Shown here: one piece after another, positions 26,294-38,567 of the stretch
How positions within the stretch are numbered: position 1 is the first letter of the stretch
How the letters are laid out: each line of letters opens with the position of its first letter
Origin: Octopus vulgaris
Lineage: Eukaryota
DNA: 64,000 nt
Reading direction: 5' to 3'
Assembly (NCBI GenBank): GCA_951406725.2
Contig: OX597837.1
Coordinates: 47,864,001 to 47,928,000, forward strand
The notes under the pieces: generated by a model
Database searches by the model: none
Told to the model about the DNA's origin: nothing
Seen by the model: the letters and a program-made list of their open reading frames with translations, nothing else
Made by a program: the position numbers and the translations under genes

Positions 26294-26861
26294 GCAAGTA
26301 GTCATTTGTTATTTCTTCTTAATTATCTTCTTATAAACCTACCACTGTTCCTGCATCTACTATTTCAATTGTATTTCATGTATCTTATTTCTTTTTATTT
26401 TTTTATTATTGTTCTTTGTGTGCTTGTTTTCAAAAATTTCTCCTCGTATAAGTCTTTAGTTTTTTTACAGGTTGATTGTAGGAGCCATCTGTTTCTCTTT
26501 ATGAGTCTGAGTAAAGTGATAGAGAAGATCATTGAAAATGAAAGTGTTTGTTGTTGGTGTATTTCATTTGTAGAGCAGAACAAATGAAAACACTATTGAG
26601 TATTATTGTTTGTATGTATGACATTATAGAGAGTATTTTATGTATGGGGAATGTTCACAAGTATGAAAGTATGTGTTCCATGTTATTGTTAACTTGTATG
26701 GAATAACAGTACTTCATGTTATACATCTCTTAAACGTCAAGACAACTCCTAACTATTCCATGTCAGGACAAAAACTACTCAGTGTTATTTGTTCAATAAA
26801 CTGTGCTAATATCCCTCCATGCATTGTCTGAACATAACATGAATATATTCTGTTCTTGCAG

Positions 26862-26965
26862 GATTGGCACTGCTGACATTCAACAATTTGGAAGTGACCT
26901 TCTATTGAATCTCTTTAACATTCTCAATTTTTCTACATCTTCAGAGAATGAGTATGCCATGAAAG
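26862..26965 (+). CDS. CSE1L: Exportin-2 exon k
   Basis: cag|GATTGGC...AAAG|gtaact; IGTADIQQFGSDLLLNLFNILNFSTSSENEYAMK (ENEY.MK motif). Confidence 0.94.
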
Positions 26966-27894
26966 GTAACTTTTTAATGTTTGAAATTCCACATTATTCT
27001 AACCATTTTCATCAGCTTTGACTACTTTTAAAGCCAATTGGTTTACTTCTGTTTATATATACCTGAAATTTTGAAGAGTTAGCAAATTTGTTTAAGCATT
27101 GTCAAAAAAAAAAAAGAATAAATAAAATGCCTTGTAGTATTTGTTCTGGGTCTTACATTCTGAATACCAGTCTTGGTGAGGTTAATATTGCCTTTCAATT
27201 CTTCCAAGGTCAATAAAATTCAATAGCAATCATGTACTGGAGATAGATGGTATATACAACCCACTACTGCCAAAATTTCTGGCCTTGTATCTAAATCAGA
27301 AATAACTGCTGCAGCAGCAGTGGTGGACACAGTCCTCATTATCATCGTTTAATGTCTGCCTTCTGTGCTAGTATGGGTGGGACAGTTTCACAAGAGCTGG
27401 CCAGGCAGAAGCCTGCACCAGACTTCTGTGACTGTTTTGGCAGGATTTTTACAGCTGGGTGCCCTTCCTATAATGCCAGCCACTCAACATAGTGGTTGAT
27501 TATATATTTAGTGTCAGACAAAATGTCTTCTAGTATTTGTTCCTAGTTCAAAACCTCTTCAATAAAATAAAATATCATTCAAGTCCTGGAATCGGTTTAA
27601 TAGACTCACACTCTCCCCATCTAACTGCTGGCCTTGTGCCTAAATCAAAAACAGTCTCAGAGTTGTACAGTGTCAGAGCATTGAAACAAAAATAGCTTTT
27701 AGCCTTTCATCCAACTCTTTAGGTTGTGAGTTCAAAACCTACGGTCAACTTTTCCTTTCGGTTCCTCTCTCTCTCTCTCTGTATGCATATACATGTATAT
27801 ATCCCCCTTGTTATCATCATTATCATTTAATGTCCATTTTCCATGTTAGCTGGGTTGGACAATTTGAGAGGATCCAGTGAGCCACAGGGCTGTG

Positions 27895-28100
27895 TCATCA
27901 TCATCATCATCATCATCATCGTCGTTTAACGTCCGTTCTCCATGCTAGCATGGGTTGGACGGTTCGACCGGGGTTCTGGGAAGCCAGAAGGCTGCACCAG
28001 GCTCCAGTCTAATCTGGCAATGTTTCTACAGCTGGATGCCCTTCCTAACGCCAACCACTCCGTGAGTGTAGTGGGTGCTTTTTACGTGCCACCTGCACGT
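27895..28100 (-). mobile_element. RTE LINE 3' tail fragment
   Basis: (CAT)n plus conserved tail sequence. Confidence 0.88.
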
Positions 28101-28816
28101 CATGTTCGATATTAGCTATGGCATAGTTACTACGATCGGATTCTATTTCTAACACCAGCCATTCTACAGTGTGTATTGGGTGCTTTTTTTGTACCAGTGG
28201 TACTAGTGGGGCTGCCAAGTAACTTGCAAGACAGGAAATATCAAGAAAAAAGAAAAGTCCCCTCTACTAAATATGTGTGTGTGTGTGTGTGGGATGGTAT
28301 TTGATAGGGTGGTGAAGCACAAACAGTCTTGATATAGAGAAGATACATGGCTACTCAGTATTTATATAAAGATGGGAGTATCCAGGGAAAGGTAAGATGG
28401 TAGTAATGAGGGTGCTGAAGCAAAAATCTGGCTCAGATCTGTGCGGTGGGAGGGGACGTAATTATAAGAGTCTGAAAGGAGAGTTGCTGATGCCTAGAGA
28501 TGGGGTTAGAGGTGAATGCAGGAGGGTATAATGAACAAGATAGGAGTGGCTCAGGGATGATGGTTCAGGAGTTCCATGATGAGCAAAGAATAAGAGTGGC
28601 AGGGAGGGGGAGTTAGAGGAGCATATGGAGTAGCTGTAGTAAGTGGGCACTGGGAATGATAGCTGATATGTGGCTGTGTACTCGTATACAATTTAACAAA
28701 TTTATTTACGTAGCAGAATGCATCTAATAAAAAAATCTCATTAACAGGTGAGACAAAGGTGAATACAGGTGTGTAACATACTGAAAATTAATATGTATTT
28801 CTCACTTTCACATGCC

Positions 28817-29022
28817 AACCTTGTCTGGCACCTGTGCCGGTGGCACGTAAAAAGCACCCACTACACTCATGGAGTGGTTGGCGTTAGGAAGGGCATCCAG
28901 CTGTAGAAACATTGCCAGATCAGACTAGGCCTGGTGCAGCCTTCTGGCTTCCCAGACCCCAGTTGCACCGTCCAACCCATGCCAGCATGGAAAACAGACG
29001 CTAAACGATGATGATGATGATG
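28817..29022 (+). mobile_element. RTE LINE 3' tail fragment
   Basis: ggcacgtaaaaagcacccactacac...ctaaacgatgatgatg. Confidence 0.88.
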
Positions 29023-29039
29023 ATAATATACTTTCAAAA

Positions 29040-30892
29040 TTATATAGTTATGACATATTTCTGTCATGAAACTGTCCAAAGCACCCTTTACACAAGGGCA
29101 CTTTGCAAAAGGAACACATATATGAAATGTCAATCTGATACACTTTTGCAGTGAACACTGTCTGCAAACTTTTTTCCTTCTGTTTATCTATTCAACTTTA
29201 TGAAAGTCAATGTTTTCTCTGTTGACATCCACCTCAGTTAATTTTGCTTTGCTCCCAGTTCTGTGCTTTCTAGAAGAAAAGCCCTCATGTAACTGAGATG
29301 CGATGTCAACCCGAAATTTCAAGTGGTTGTAGTCCTTTGGTGGCGGAGGTACCTTATGGCTTATTACATATACAATATGTGAATTTACAATAGTTAAATT
29401 AACTAAAAGTCACAAAATGTACCTCCACCATTTCCTCCCAGGTTGACCAACTGGGTAATGAGCCTGATATTGGTCAGATTTATCAACCCCACCCATATAT
29501 TTGTTATAAAAAATATTCACTAGGGGTTTCCCCTCAGTGCCAACACCAGGTTGTTCATTAGAAGACAGAAATAAAATCTATCTTTTGTCTTTGAAAGCAG
29601 TAACTAAAACACTTTCTTTTTGTATTTGTAAAATGTCCCCTTTTTTTAAAAATTTTGTTTTCATTTCATGGTGTAAGCCCTTTATGGTTTCCCGTAACAG
29701 TACTGCACGTATAAGCACTTGCATGGGCAAGATTTTCTGTCAAAGCCACTGAAGAAAAAAAATGGTCAAAATAGAGGTGTTGGTGCTGATGGTGAAATGG
29801 TTCAGTAAGAGACCATACAACATCATATCCCAATCCATATGGTCTGTTTCTATTATATTTTTTACCTGTGTAAACATCGAAGTTTACACAATATCCAGTC
29901 TCTGCTTCACAAACTTCCCATACCTTGATCCCCCATTTAGTACGTTTGGCAGGCATGTACTGCTAAAAATGTACTCTGCCCTTATAGCCTATCATGGCTT
30001 CATCTACACTGAGATTTTTCTCAGGTAGATACACAGTTTTATAATTATTAACAAGAAAATCAATTACAGGACATACTTTATACAGGTGATCGTAGTTTGG
30101 GTCGTTTTTGCTGGGATCATTAGCAGAATCAGTTAAATGCAAATACTGAGATATTTTCGAATACCATGTCTTTGACATTGTACTTGAGATATATGGATTG
30201 CCATACCTTATGTCCAGACTCCAGTAGTTCCACAGTCGAAGAAGCTGTTTAACACCAAACATAATATTAATTGTGAAAAAGGCTCTCATTTCCGCAGTAT
30301 AAGTTGCCATAGTGGATCGTCTCTTCCACGAATAGAAATTAAACGTTGCATATATTTGTTTGTTTCCTCTGCAACATTTTCAAAAAAACTTTCTGGTAGA
30401 TACAAAAATAGATAGTCCAGTGGTCGAGCATCAGGAGGTAAATTGTGTTGTGGACCAGGAATAGTGATTGGTGTTGTAAACATGTTGCCATGTTTACGAT
30501 ATCATTTTCATCACTTTTGTCTCAAAATCTTCCTCGTTTGACGAATAAGCACTAATATCAATATTAGATTTTCATTTATATTTTCTATATCGTCAAGAGT
30601 AAAACCTTCAAAGTCGGAATCGCTACTTGCTGACGCCATTTCTTTAACAACTAAAGTACACACTTCACTGCAAATGTTGAAAAAAAACCATGTGGTTTAA
30701 ACAATTTCACAGTATTTATACTTGAATAAAGGTGGGAAAGGCTTCATCTCACATTATCTCAAAGCTATGAGAATTGAATAACGTGATTTGTTTTTTTTTT
30801 TAGTGATTTCGTAGAGCAATCGGATACGACCTGCTTGAACAAATAAAGGGGAATTATTTTAGCCAGTTATAGCCAGTTTGAACACTAAAGGG
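29040..30892 (-). mobile_element. Defective piggyBac (PGBD4-like) transposon
   Basis: Minus-strand terminus TTAA-CCCTTTAGTG (TTAA at 30893-30896); fragments LSVDEAMIGYKGR, MPAKRTKWGIKVW, LYFDHFFSS, YNKYMGGVDKSDQ, and a C-terminal Cys-rich CSFCKVPLC; other TIR not found. Confidence 0.9.
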
Positions 30893-30999
30893 TTAAAGTT
30901 GCAGTTGAGAAAAAATTAACTGACGTGGTGAACTTGAAGCTGTCACAGTATTAGAAAAGAATTACCTGTATTTTCATTTGCATGGGTATCAAAATGCTG

Positions 31000-31560
31000 A
31001 CATCATGACCGCTGCTCAATCCCCTGTAAATGCTGTAAGACATGACATGATCAGCTGCAATGGGGTCTACAAAGCTGTAGCCAACAGGAAGGGTCATAGC
31101 AGGCATGTATCATCAGTGAGAATAATGTCATGTCATCCAAAACTTTTGAACAGAGACTTGAGCTCAATTAAGAGTGGTGCTATGTGAAGCTGCTGGAGAC
31201 TGTGGTCAAACCCTGGCTGTAGAGGGTTGCTGTTGAAAGGCTCTATATATGTAAGAGCAGGATTTAGCTCCTTGCCATACTTTTGGAAAGGGCTAGAAGT
31301 GGTTGTTGGAGGAATTTCTACAACTTCACCAGCCCTAATTTCTGGCCTTCTAATTCTGTGGATTGCTGTGTAGAGCACAGTTGAGAAAGACACCAACCAC
31401 TGTGCTTGCAATACCAATATTGAGGTGGTGTTTGAAGATCTTCCCTGGAATTCATTGAGGAATGCGTCCATGAGGTTCCAGAGCTGTTTTAAGGTTATGT
31501 GGAAGCTGAGGGTAGCTACTTTGCATATAGTTATCTTCCAGCCATAATCTAGTTGATGTT
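31000..31560 (-). mobile_element. Highly degraded CR1/L2-like LINE 3' region
   Basis: Frameshifted similarity to an ORF2 C-terminal region; weak. Confidence 0.4.
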
Positions 31561-31979
31561 TTTTTTGTTGTTTTAAAATTATTTTAAGTTTTGCATGGGA
31601 TATTGTGTTTTCTTCAGTGCCTCTCCATCTTATGTGTATCCTCTTCTAAACAGAACAAAAGGAGAAACATGAGATGGAGAGTCGCTGAAGAGGTCACAGG
31701 AAGTGTGACAAAAGATTTCCAAAGGACATAAAATGTTTTCTTTTATGTAAACCGTCAAATTTAGCTCAAACAATGTGTATGTTTGTGTGTCTTCTTTATA
31801 TGTCCATTTATTTGTTTCTCTCTCTCTTATATATACCTGTGTCTTGCTGTCTAACCATCCCTCTATCATGTATATCCCCTCTGTTGACCTAGCATTCACT
31901 CATCACCAAATTTCTATTACTTGATAATCTTGAGCATAGATTCACTGTAATATGTGCCCCCTCCTACCTATCTTTCCAG

Positions 31980-32077
31980 CTATCATGAGATGCCTGTCGG
32001 CCCTGAACGATAGTGTTATGCCATTGATACCCATGGTCCTTGGGAAACTCACTCAGAAACTACTTGATGTTAGTAAG
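31980..32077 (+). CDS. CSE1L: Exportin-2 exon l
   Basis: cag|CTATCATG...AGTAAG|gttagt; AIMRCLSALNDSVMPLIPMVLGKLTQKLLDVSK. Confidence 0.94.
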
Positions 32078-32819
32078 GTTAGTGACTGTTTTCACATTTG
32101 TTGTTGATGCTAATGTTGTTTTTGATACTACCATTGTTGTTGTCTATACTCCAGGTCAAAAAGCTTATGACCATCCTACCTCTGTATATTTAGGAGCGCA
32201 TAGGAAGTACTGTGCCCTTTTCTTAAGTCAGTATGGTGTGACTTGAGGAAATTTGGTTGCCATTCCTAGTGGATAAGGTGACCACTTAAAGGCTCCTTTA
32301 TTGACTTGTCATTACATTGTCTCTTGTTTGTGTTTGATGTTTCTCATTAGAAGATAACAGTAATTGCATGGGGTAAGCTGAGTGGGAGGAGCAATAGGGT
32401 TAGATATTCAGCTGGTAAAACAACATGCAAACTTATAGGTAACTTATTCAACTCAAACCAAAAGCCTGACCCTCTTCTCACTGTTTGACACACTCCCTCA
32501 CTCACACTCTACTTTTCACTGTATTGCTCAAATTTAAAGTCAAGTTTGTTTCTTTTTTTATGAGCCTAGCAGACAGGCCATTATTTACTGCATTTACTAC
32601 TAACTTTCTTGTGTTGGTTGCATCTATTTGTTAGTTAAGTAGATTGTGGCAGTCAATGTAATATACCTTACACTTGTCAAAGAACACAACACAATGATTA
32701 TAGTTGCAATATTTTTGAGTTCTTAGTTCTACTATCATTATAAACTATTTCAGCAGTGAAATGTTGCTTGAAGTCTATGTATTAGCCATAGCAGACTGAG
32801 ACAGTAGTTTAAATTAGAA

Positions 32820-33990
32820 CAAGAAAGAGGCATGGCAGATTTACTATGCAAGGCTATTGAATGTGGAGAACAAATGGAATAAAGAGCGTCTCCCTCATGT
32901 GAGCCCAACAGAGGGATCAGCTATCCTAGTAGACAGCAGTATGGTAGATAAGGCAATTAAAGATAAGTAAACGGAAATTTTTCATCTGGAATTGCTACTG
33001 AGATGCTCAAAATATCCAATAAGGTAAGATACAGGTTAACCATCTGCATAGTTAATCGGGTTATTCATGAAAGCGTAATACCCAGTGACTTGTGTAGCAG
33101 CATTATTGTTTGCTACTATAAGAGTAAGGGAGATGTCATAGATAGAAGCAATTACAGAGGCATCAAACTCTTGCACCAGGTGGTGAAAATTACAGAGAGA
33201 ATTATAGCTTAATAGATTAAGAGCAGAATTAGACTAGAAGAAATGTGGTTTTGCTTTTACCCTGGGAGCAACACTAATGATGCTATTTTCATAGTCAGGT
33301 AACTGCAAGAGAAGTACTTAGCTAAGAATAGACCATTATACTTGACATTTGTTGATCTAGAGAAAGCCTTCAAAAGTGTACCCTGCTGTGATATGGTGGG
33401 CTCTGATGAGGCTATGGGTAGACAAGTAGCTTGTGAAAGCTGTACAGGCCATGTACAGAGACTCTGTCAGTAAAGTGAGAACTAACCATGCTTTCACTTT
33501 ACAGCACAGAATTTGGTATAAAGGTAGGTGTTCATCAAGGCTCAGTCCTCAGTCCCCTCCTGTTCATCACTGTCCTGCAGGCCATAATGGGAATCCAAAC
33601 ACAGCAGCTCCAAGGAACTATTATATGCTGATGATCTTGCTCTTGACAGATTCTGTATCAGAGCTAGAAAAGAAATTCTAGGTATAGAAGCAAAATCTGG
33701 AATTGAAGGGTCTTAGGGTTAACTTAGCAAAGACTAAGATCTTAGTAACAAGAAAACAGTCAGGATCCTAGACAGGACCCTACCTGCTCCAGGTAAGTGG
33801 CCTTGTCCGATTTGTAGGAAAGATATAGTCAGGAATTCCATTCAGTGTACCCAGTGTAAGCTATGTACACAAGTGGTGTAGTGGAATAATAGGAAAGTTA
33901 TCAGAGAAAATAATGTTTGTAAGTGGAAATGCACAGGAGCCATAAAAACTACAGATACTTGAGAAATTTTTTTTTTTCAAATATCCCAGA
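32820..33990 (+). mobile_element. Older, diverged copy of the PHD-containing RTE LINE
   Basis: Colinear with about 15290-16450 (NYRGIKLL, DLEKAF, YADD, WPCPICRK); many stops. Confidence 0.85.
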
Positions 33991-34064
33991 GGCTCATTAG
34001 AGATACATCTTTAAAAAAAACTACCTGTTAAAGTTCTTAATCTTTTCTTTTATCCCTATTTCAG

Positions 34065-34215
34065 AACCCGAGCAAGCCCCATTTCAATCATTACTTGTTT
34101 GAAAGTATTTGTGTCATGGTGCGAGTTGCTAGTCGAGTCAACCCAACAGCAGTGACCACTTTTGAAGGGGCTCTCTTCACTCCATTTACTGAGATCCTAC
34201 GACAAGACGTACAAG
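34065..34215 (+). CDS. CSE1L: Exportin-2 exon m
   Basis: cag|AACCCG...CAAG|gtaggc; NPSKPHFNHYLFESICVMVR...FEGALFTPFTEILRQDVQ. Confidence 0.96.
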
Positions 34216-34859
34216 GTAGGCAGGCATAACTATTGTAATGTTGCAGTATATTGTTGCAATATTACACTGTATTCGTGTTGCAGCATATTGATGCTGGAGA
34301 ATTAATATTGATGAAATATTTTATAACAACAAAATATTACACCAGCAACAATAGCCTGACTTCTCAGAACGTCAGGCTGTTGTTATAGGTGTGATATGTG
34401 CAGACATTTATGCACATATACAGATATATGTACACTTGTATATATGCATATACTTAATAAAAGAAGAACCATACGTAATACCTTAATATTCAGATGTCTG
34501 AGATGAGTTGTTTATAAAATTATAATTTTCCACACTATTAATCTCATATTTCAGGTCTGTATTGAATATTTACATCTACACAACCTTTTGATTAATTTTC
34601 ATTTCCACTCATCAGGTGTCTTATTTGTAGGTCTATACGGAATACAACTTCATTTCATCATCGCTTTGTGTCCACTTCCCATGCTGGCATGAATTGGACA
34701 GGCTATCACATTACAAGTCACTTCTTACATGGAGTTACTACCCTACTAGTTGGCATGGTTTCTATGGTCATATGCCCTTCCTGTCATCAACTGCTTTACA
34801 GAGGGGAATAGGTATATTTTTATCATGGCACTGACATCATGAAATGCACCCTGTAGACT

Positions 34860-35900
34860 ATGTTAAATGGTATCACTTGTTCCATTAATTAGTGTACTAG
34901 AAAGTTCAGGAAATGATTCTGCTTGTTTTTGTTCATGCAGTGATATGAGGATGTGACCTTTAGGCCATTTAACATTTGGGTGGTTAAAGTCACCCAGGAG
35001 GTGTATATTTATGTGCTGGTTCAGATTGGTCAGTATGTCTTCAATGCATCTGAGGCTCACCTCATATTTATTGTCATGTTTTGGGGCATTTGGTGGGTGA
35101 TATAATGTGCGTATTACCACATCAAGTTGTTTAAATGCATTATGAGTGTGTCACAGATCGAGTTTGAATGTAACCACAGGATTAATGGTGTAACATCTCC
35201 ATGGAGGTACATTGCAACTTGACTGTGATATCATTCTCTTCTGTCTGTACAGGACAGAACATATTCTGGTATGTTTACCTCCACCTGCATTTATAAGAAG
35301 CCTCTGATGTTTATCAGTTGAATTGGCAACATGTATGGCTTGGCTGTAAAGCTGGACTCTTCCCCCACCCCAGTCTTATTTGTGGCAGTCTTTGTGTGTG
35401 TGTGCATAGTTTAATGTTATTTGTAACCATGACAGGCTGCTGCACTATGTTGCTTTACTCCTACAGCAGCAAATGCACCTACATATAGCTTTTTGATGGT
35501 CTCCTTAACTGCAGACATTGTGGATTTTGGATTTCCTTGAGTATGATTTCATTTTATCTTGTTGGATAAGTGGGAAGTCATTTATTACCTTGAGTTTCAC
35601 TTTGCTTGGGCTTGGATGTGCAAAGTGGCAGTTTGCCCCCATCTCTCCATGCCAGCATGCACCTTTGATGTAGAATTTGCAGCTGGTTTGTGTTTCATGT
35701 ACTGTTTTCTTTTTCCTTTTGCTTTTGGTAGTTATAAAATGAGAATTCAGTTTCATTAATCTTTTGCCTAGTTCCTTTTCCTTCACTGTTCTGAGAGGTG
35801 GCATTGCTTCTCTTGGAAGCTTCAGTTTCTTTTTCAGTTTGTACACCTCTGGATATTTTCAGTAATAAATACAGATCTGGTTGCATTGTTCTTGTTGCCT
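34860..35900 (-). mobile_element. Degraded 5' part of a CR1/L2-group LINE (ORF1 with CCCH finger + APE endonuclease)
   Basis: CKFYIKGACWHGEMGANCHFAHP upstream of an APE-like fragment LYHPP...LLGDFNHPNVKW. Confidence 0.6.
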
Positions 35901-36887
35901 TCTGTATTGGACTTTTTGTTATGTATATATCAGTATGAAGGGAATTGAGTAAGTAATTATGTAGTGCATATGTTTCAAAAGAATTGCCAACCAGAAGTTA
36001 TGTAACTTTAAGGTAATACATAGATGTTCAGTGTTCCTTCTTTTTGGGTACTTTTCTATCTGTTTTTTAGAAGCTCGTTGTTGAATAGAATTCAGTTTCA
36101 GAAATCAGAAAAATAATTTCTGTAGTTTCAGCAGTTAAATGGGGGTGGGTGAGTGCATAGCTTGGACAAGTGACCAAGCCATGCACTCATCCACCATTTG
36201 TGGTGATTTGTCACAGTGAGCATATTGCATGCAGTTTCCTATACAAATAGAAACTCATGAATTTGTAATGATCCTTTTGTTTTTGGGACAGCATGCTACA
36301 GGGGGACTGTAACTTGTGTGTCATTCAACAAAGACCAAGCCAGATGATGGCAATTGTTGAAGAACACAAGATGTTCATAGGACTTGTGTTCATTCATCAA
36401 AATGTTGGAAGTGCCCTTGGAGTTGTAGGTGTTGATTGCATCTGAAGATTCTGGTGACATTTTCAAATGGTTTTACTTCAAGAAGTGTAAGCAAATGTAT
36501 GTAGTGATTGGCAGGAAGCCTGTGGGAAAACAGGCTTGGGATAAATTTAGTTCAAGCAATACACACATCCAAAATTTGTGACTTTGCACCTATGAGGTGG
36601 GATCAAAAGTTCCAAGATTAGTTATGTTTAATAAAAAATAACTTACCTAAGTTTTAACATTATCTCCTTCGAAATAGTAACCATGAACAAGAATGACATG
36701 ATGTGTGTACTCGTTGACAATATAATCCCTCCTAGAGTTGTTAAAATAAATACCATTTGAGCTCTAGAATTGTTGTAATCGACTAGCCTTCTCCCCCAAA
36801 ATTACTGGCTCTGTGCCAAAATTTGAAATATCATTATTATAGCTATTTTATTTTCCTTGTCTAATTCTCTCCTGATTTTTTTTTCAG

Positions 36888-37084
36888 AATTTGTGCCGTA
36901 TGTCTTCCAAATCCTGTCCATGTTGATAGAACTACAGCAGAATGAACTGGCTCCCTATATGGCTCTCTTTCCCCACCTTCTAGTGCCAGTACTTTGGGAA
37001 CGTCCTGGCAATATCCCTCCACTTGTCCGATTGCTACAGGCTATTATACAGAAAGGGGCCAAACAAATTGAACCTGATAAACTG
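36888..37084 (+). CDS. CSE1L: Exportin-2 exon n
   Basis: cag|AATTTGTG...AAACTG|gtaact; EFVPYVFQILSML...YMALFPHLLVPVLWERPGNIPPLVRLLQA. Confidence 0.96.
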
Positions 37085-37092
37085 GTAACTAC

Positions 37093-37440
37093 ATCATCAT
37101 CACCATCTTTCAACATTCGTTGTCCATGCTGGCATGGGTTGAACGATCTGACCAGGGTTGGTAAGCTGTGGGGGCTGCACCAAACTCCAGTCTGATTTAG
37201 CATAGTTTCTACTGCTGGATGCCCTTCCTAATGCTAACCTCTCCAAGTGAGTGCTTTTACATGCCACTGGCATGGGTGCCAATTGTGTGACACCAGTATC
37301 TGCCACGACTATGATTTAACTTGGCTTGATGGGTTTTCTTCTCAAGCACAGCATATTGCCAAGGGTCTTGGTCATTTGTCATAGCCTCCATGAGGCCCAA
37401 CACTTGAAAGGTACTTTTTACATGTCACCAGCTCAGGTGC
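37093..37440 (-). mobile_element. RTE-related 3' tail fragment directly after a CSE1L donor site
   Basis: (CAT)n begins 8 nt into the intron; conserved ctggatgcccttccta tail. Confidence 0.8.
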
Positions 37441-38567
37441 TAGTTATGCGCCATCATCATCATCATCAATTAGCATAAGAATAATTTTCATCTTTGTATT
37501 CTGCAACCTTTTCATTTCTCTTACTAGGTCTTGATATTTTTTCATTTTCTTGGCTTGTTAGCTGGTATTCTGTGGTGTTTCCCAGTCAGCAGTCTTACAA
37601 CGTGTCCTTTGGCCTCTATTAGCATATCTTGTCCCTTTGATCCAACATCATTGTCAGTTTCTATTATTGTTGTTCTTGTTATCATCATCATTATTGGGTT
37701 GGCAAAACAGAGCATGGAAATATGCTTGCAGTATTTCTTTTGGCTGTTTACATTCTGAGTTCAAATCATGAGATCAACTTTGCCTTTCATCCCTTTGTGG
37801 TCAATAAACTGAAGGACCTGTCCTGTAGTAGGGTTGTTGGTATTGACAAGCACCCATGCCTCAGAATTGTTGATCTTGTACCTAAATTAGAAGCAATTAT
37901 TAGGGCTGGCAAATTGGTGGAGCTGTTAGCATAATGGTAAAAATTCTTGGCAGTACTTACTCCCAACTCTTTAAATTCTGGTACAGTTCCCAGTGTATAA
38001 CTTTTACAACCTGGTCATAACTCCATTTCTTATATTCTTCCAGTGCCAACTTGGGACATTCTGTCACAATGTGTGCCATCGTTTCATTCCAAGATCCACA
38101 GGGTCTACATTTTTCTGACACATTCTCTCCATGTATATTTTTTTCTCAAGTTGTTTGGTTTTATCACTTGATCTTAAGCTGCTACGATAATTATTATCAT
38201 TATTATTATTGAGTGAGAGAGCAGTGCATGCCATCAAAGTGACACTGGAGTAAAATATACGAATCCCAATATACCAATCATGACTACCTGTCTGATAAGG
38301 GTAAGCCAGGCATATACACCACAATTGTATGTGCACGACATGGTAATCTTATATCAAGATAAACAGCGCATGATCTTGCAGGTGGGGCCCAGTTAGAATT
38401 TTCTTCAGGTCAAGTAGCCTATCCCACTCAAAAAGTCCCTTTGAATGAAGCACCCATGTTTCCAAAGGTGAATTATCCAAACCCCAAAGAACTGCTCTCA
38501 ATACATGGCTATGACGCTCCTCCACTACTTCTGCTCATGATCAAAGATGCTCATTTTGTCAGATGCT

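Noticed and set aside
29040-30650. Domesticated PGBD gene
   Set aside because: Multiple frameshifts and stops, and a retained transposon terminus
34520-34620. CUGAUGA on the minus strand as another hammerhead
   Set aside because: No convincing stem II, GAAA and cleavage-site arrangement
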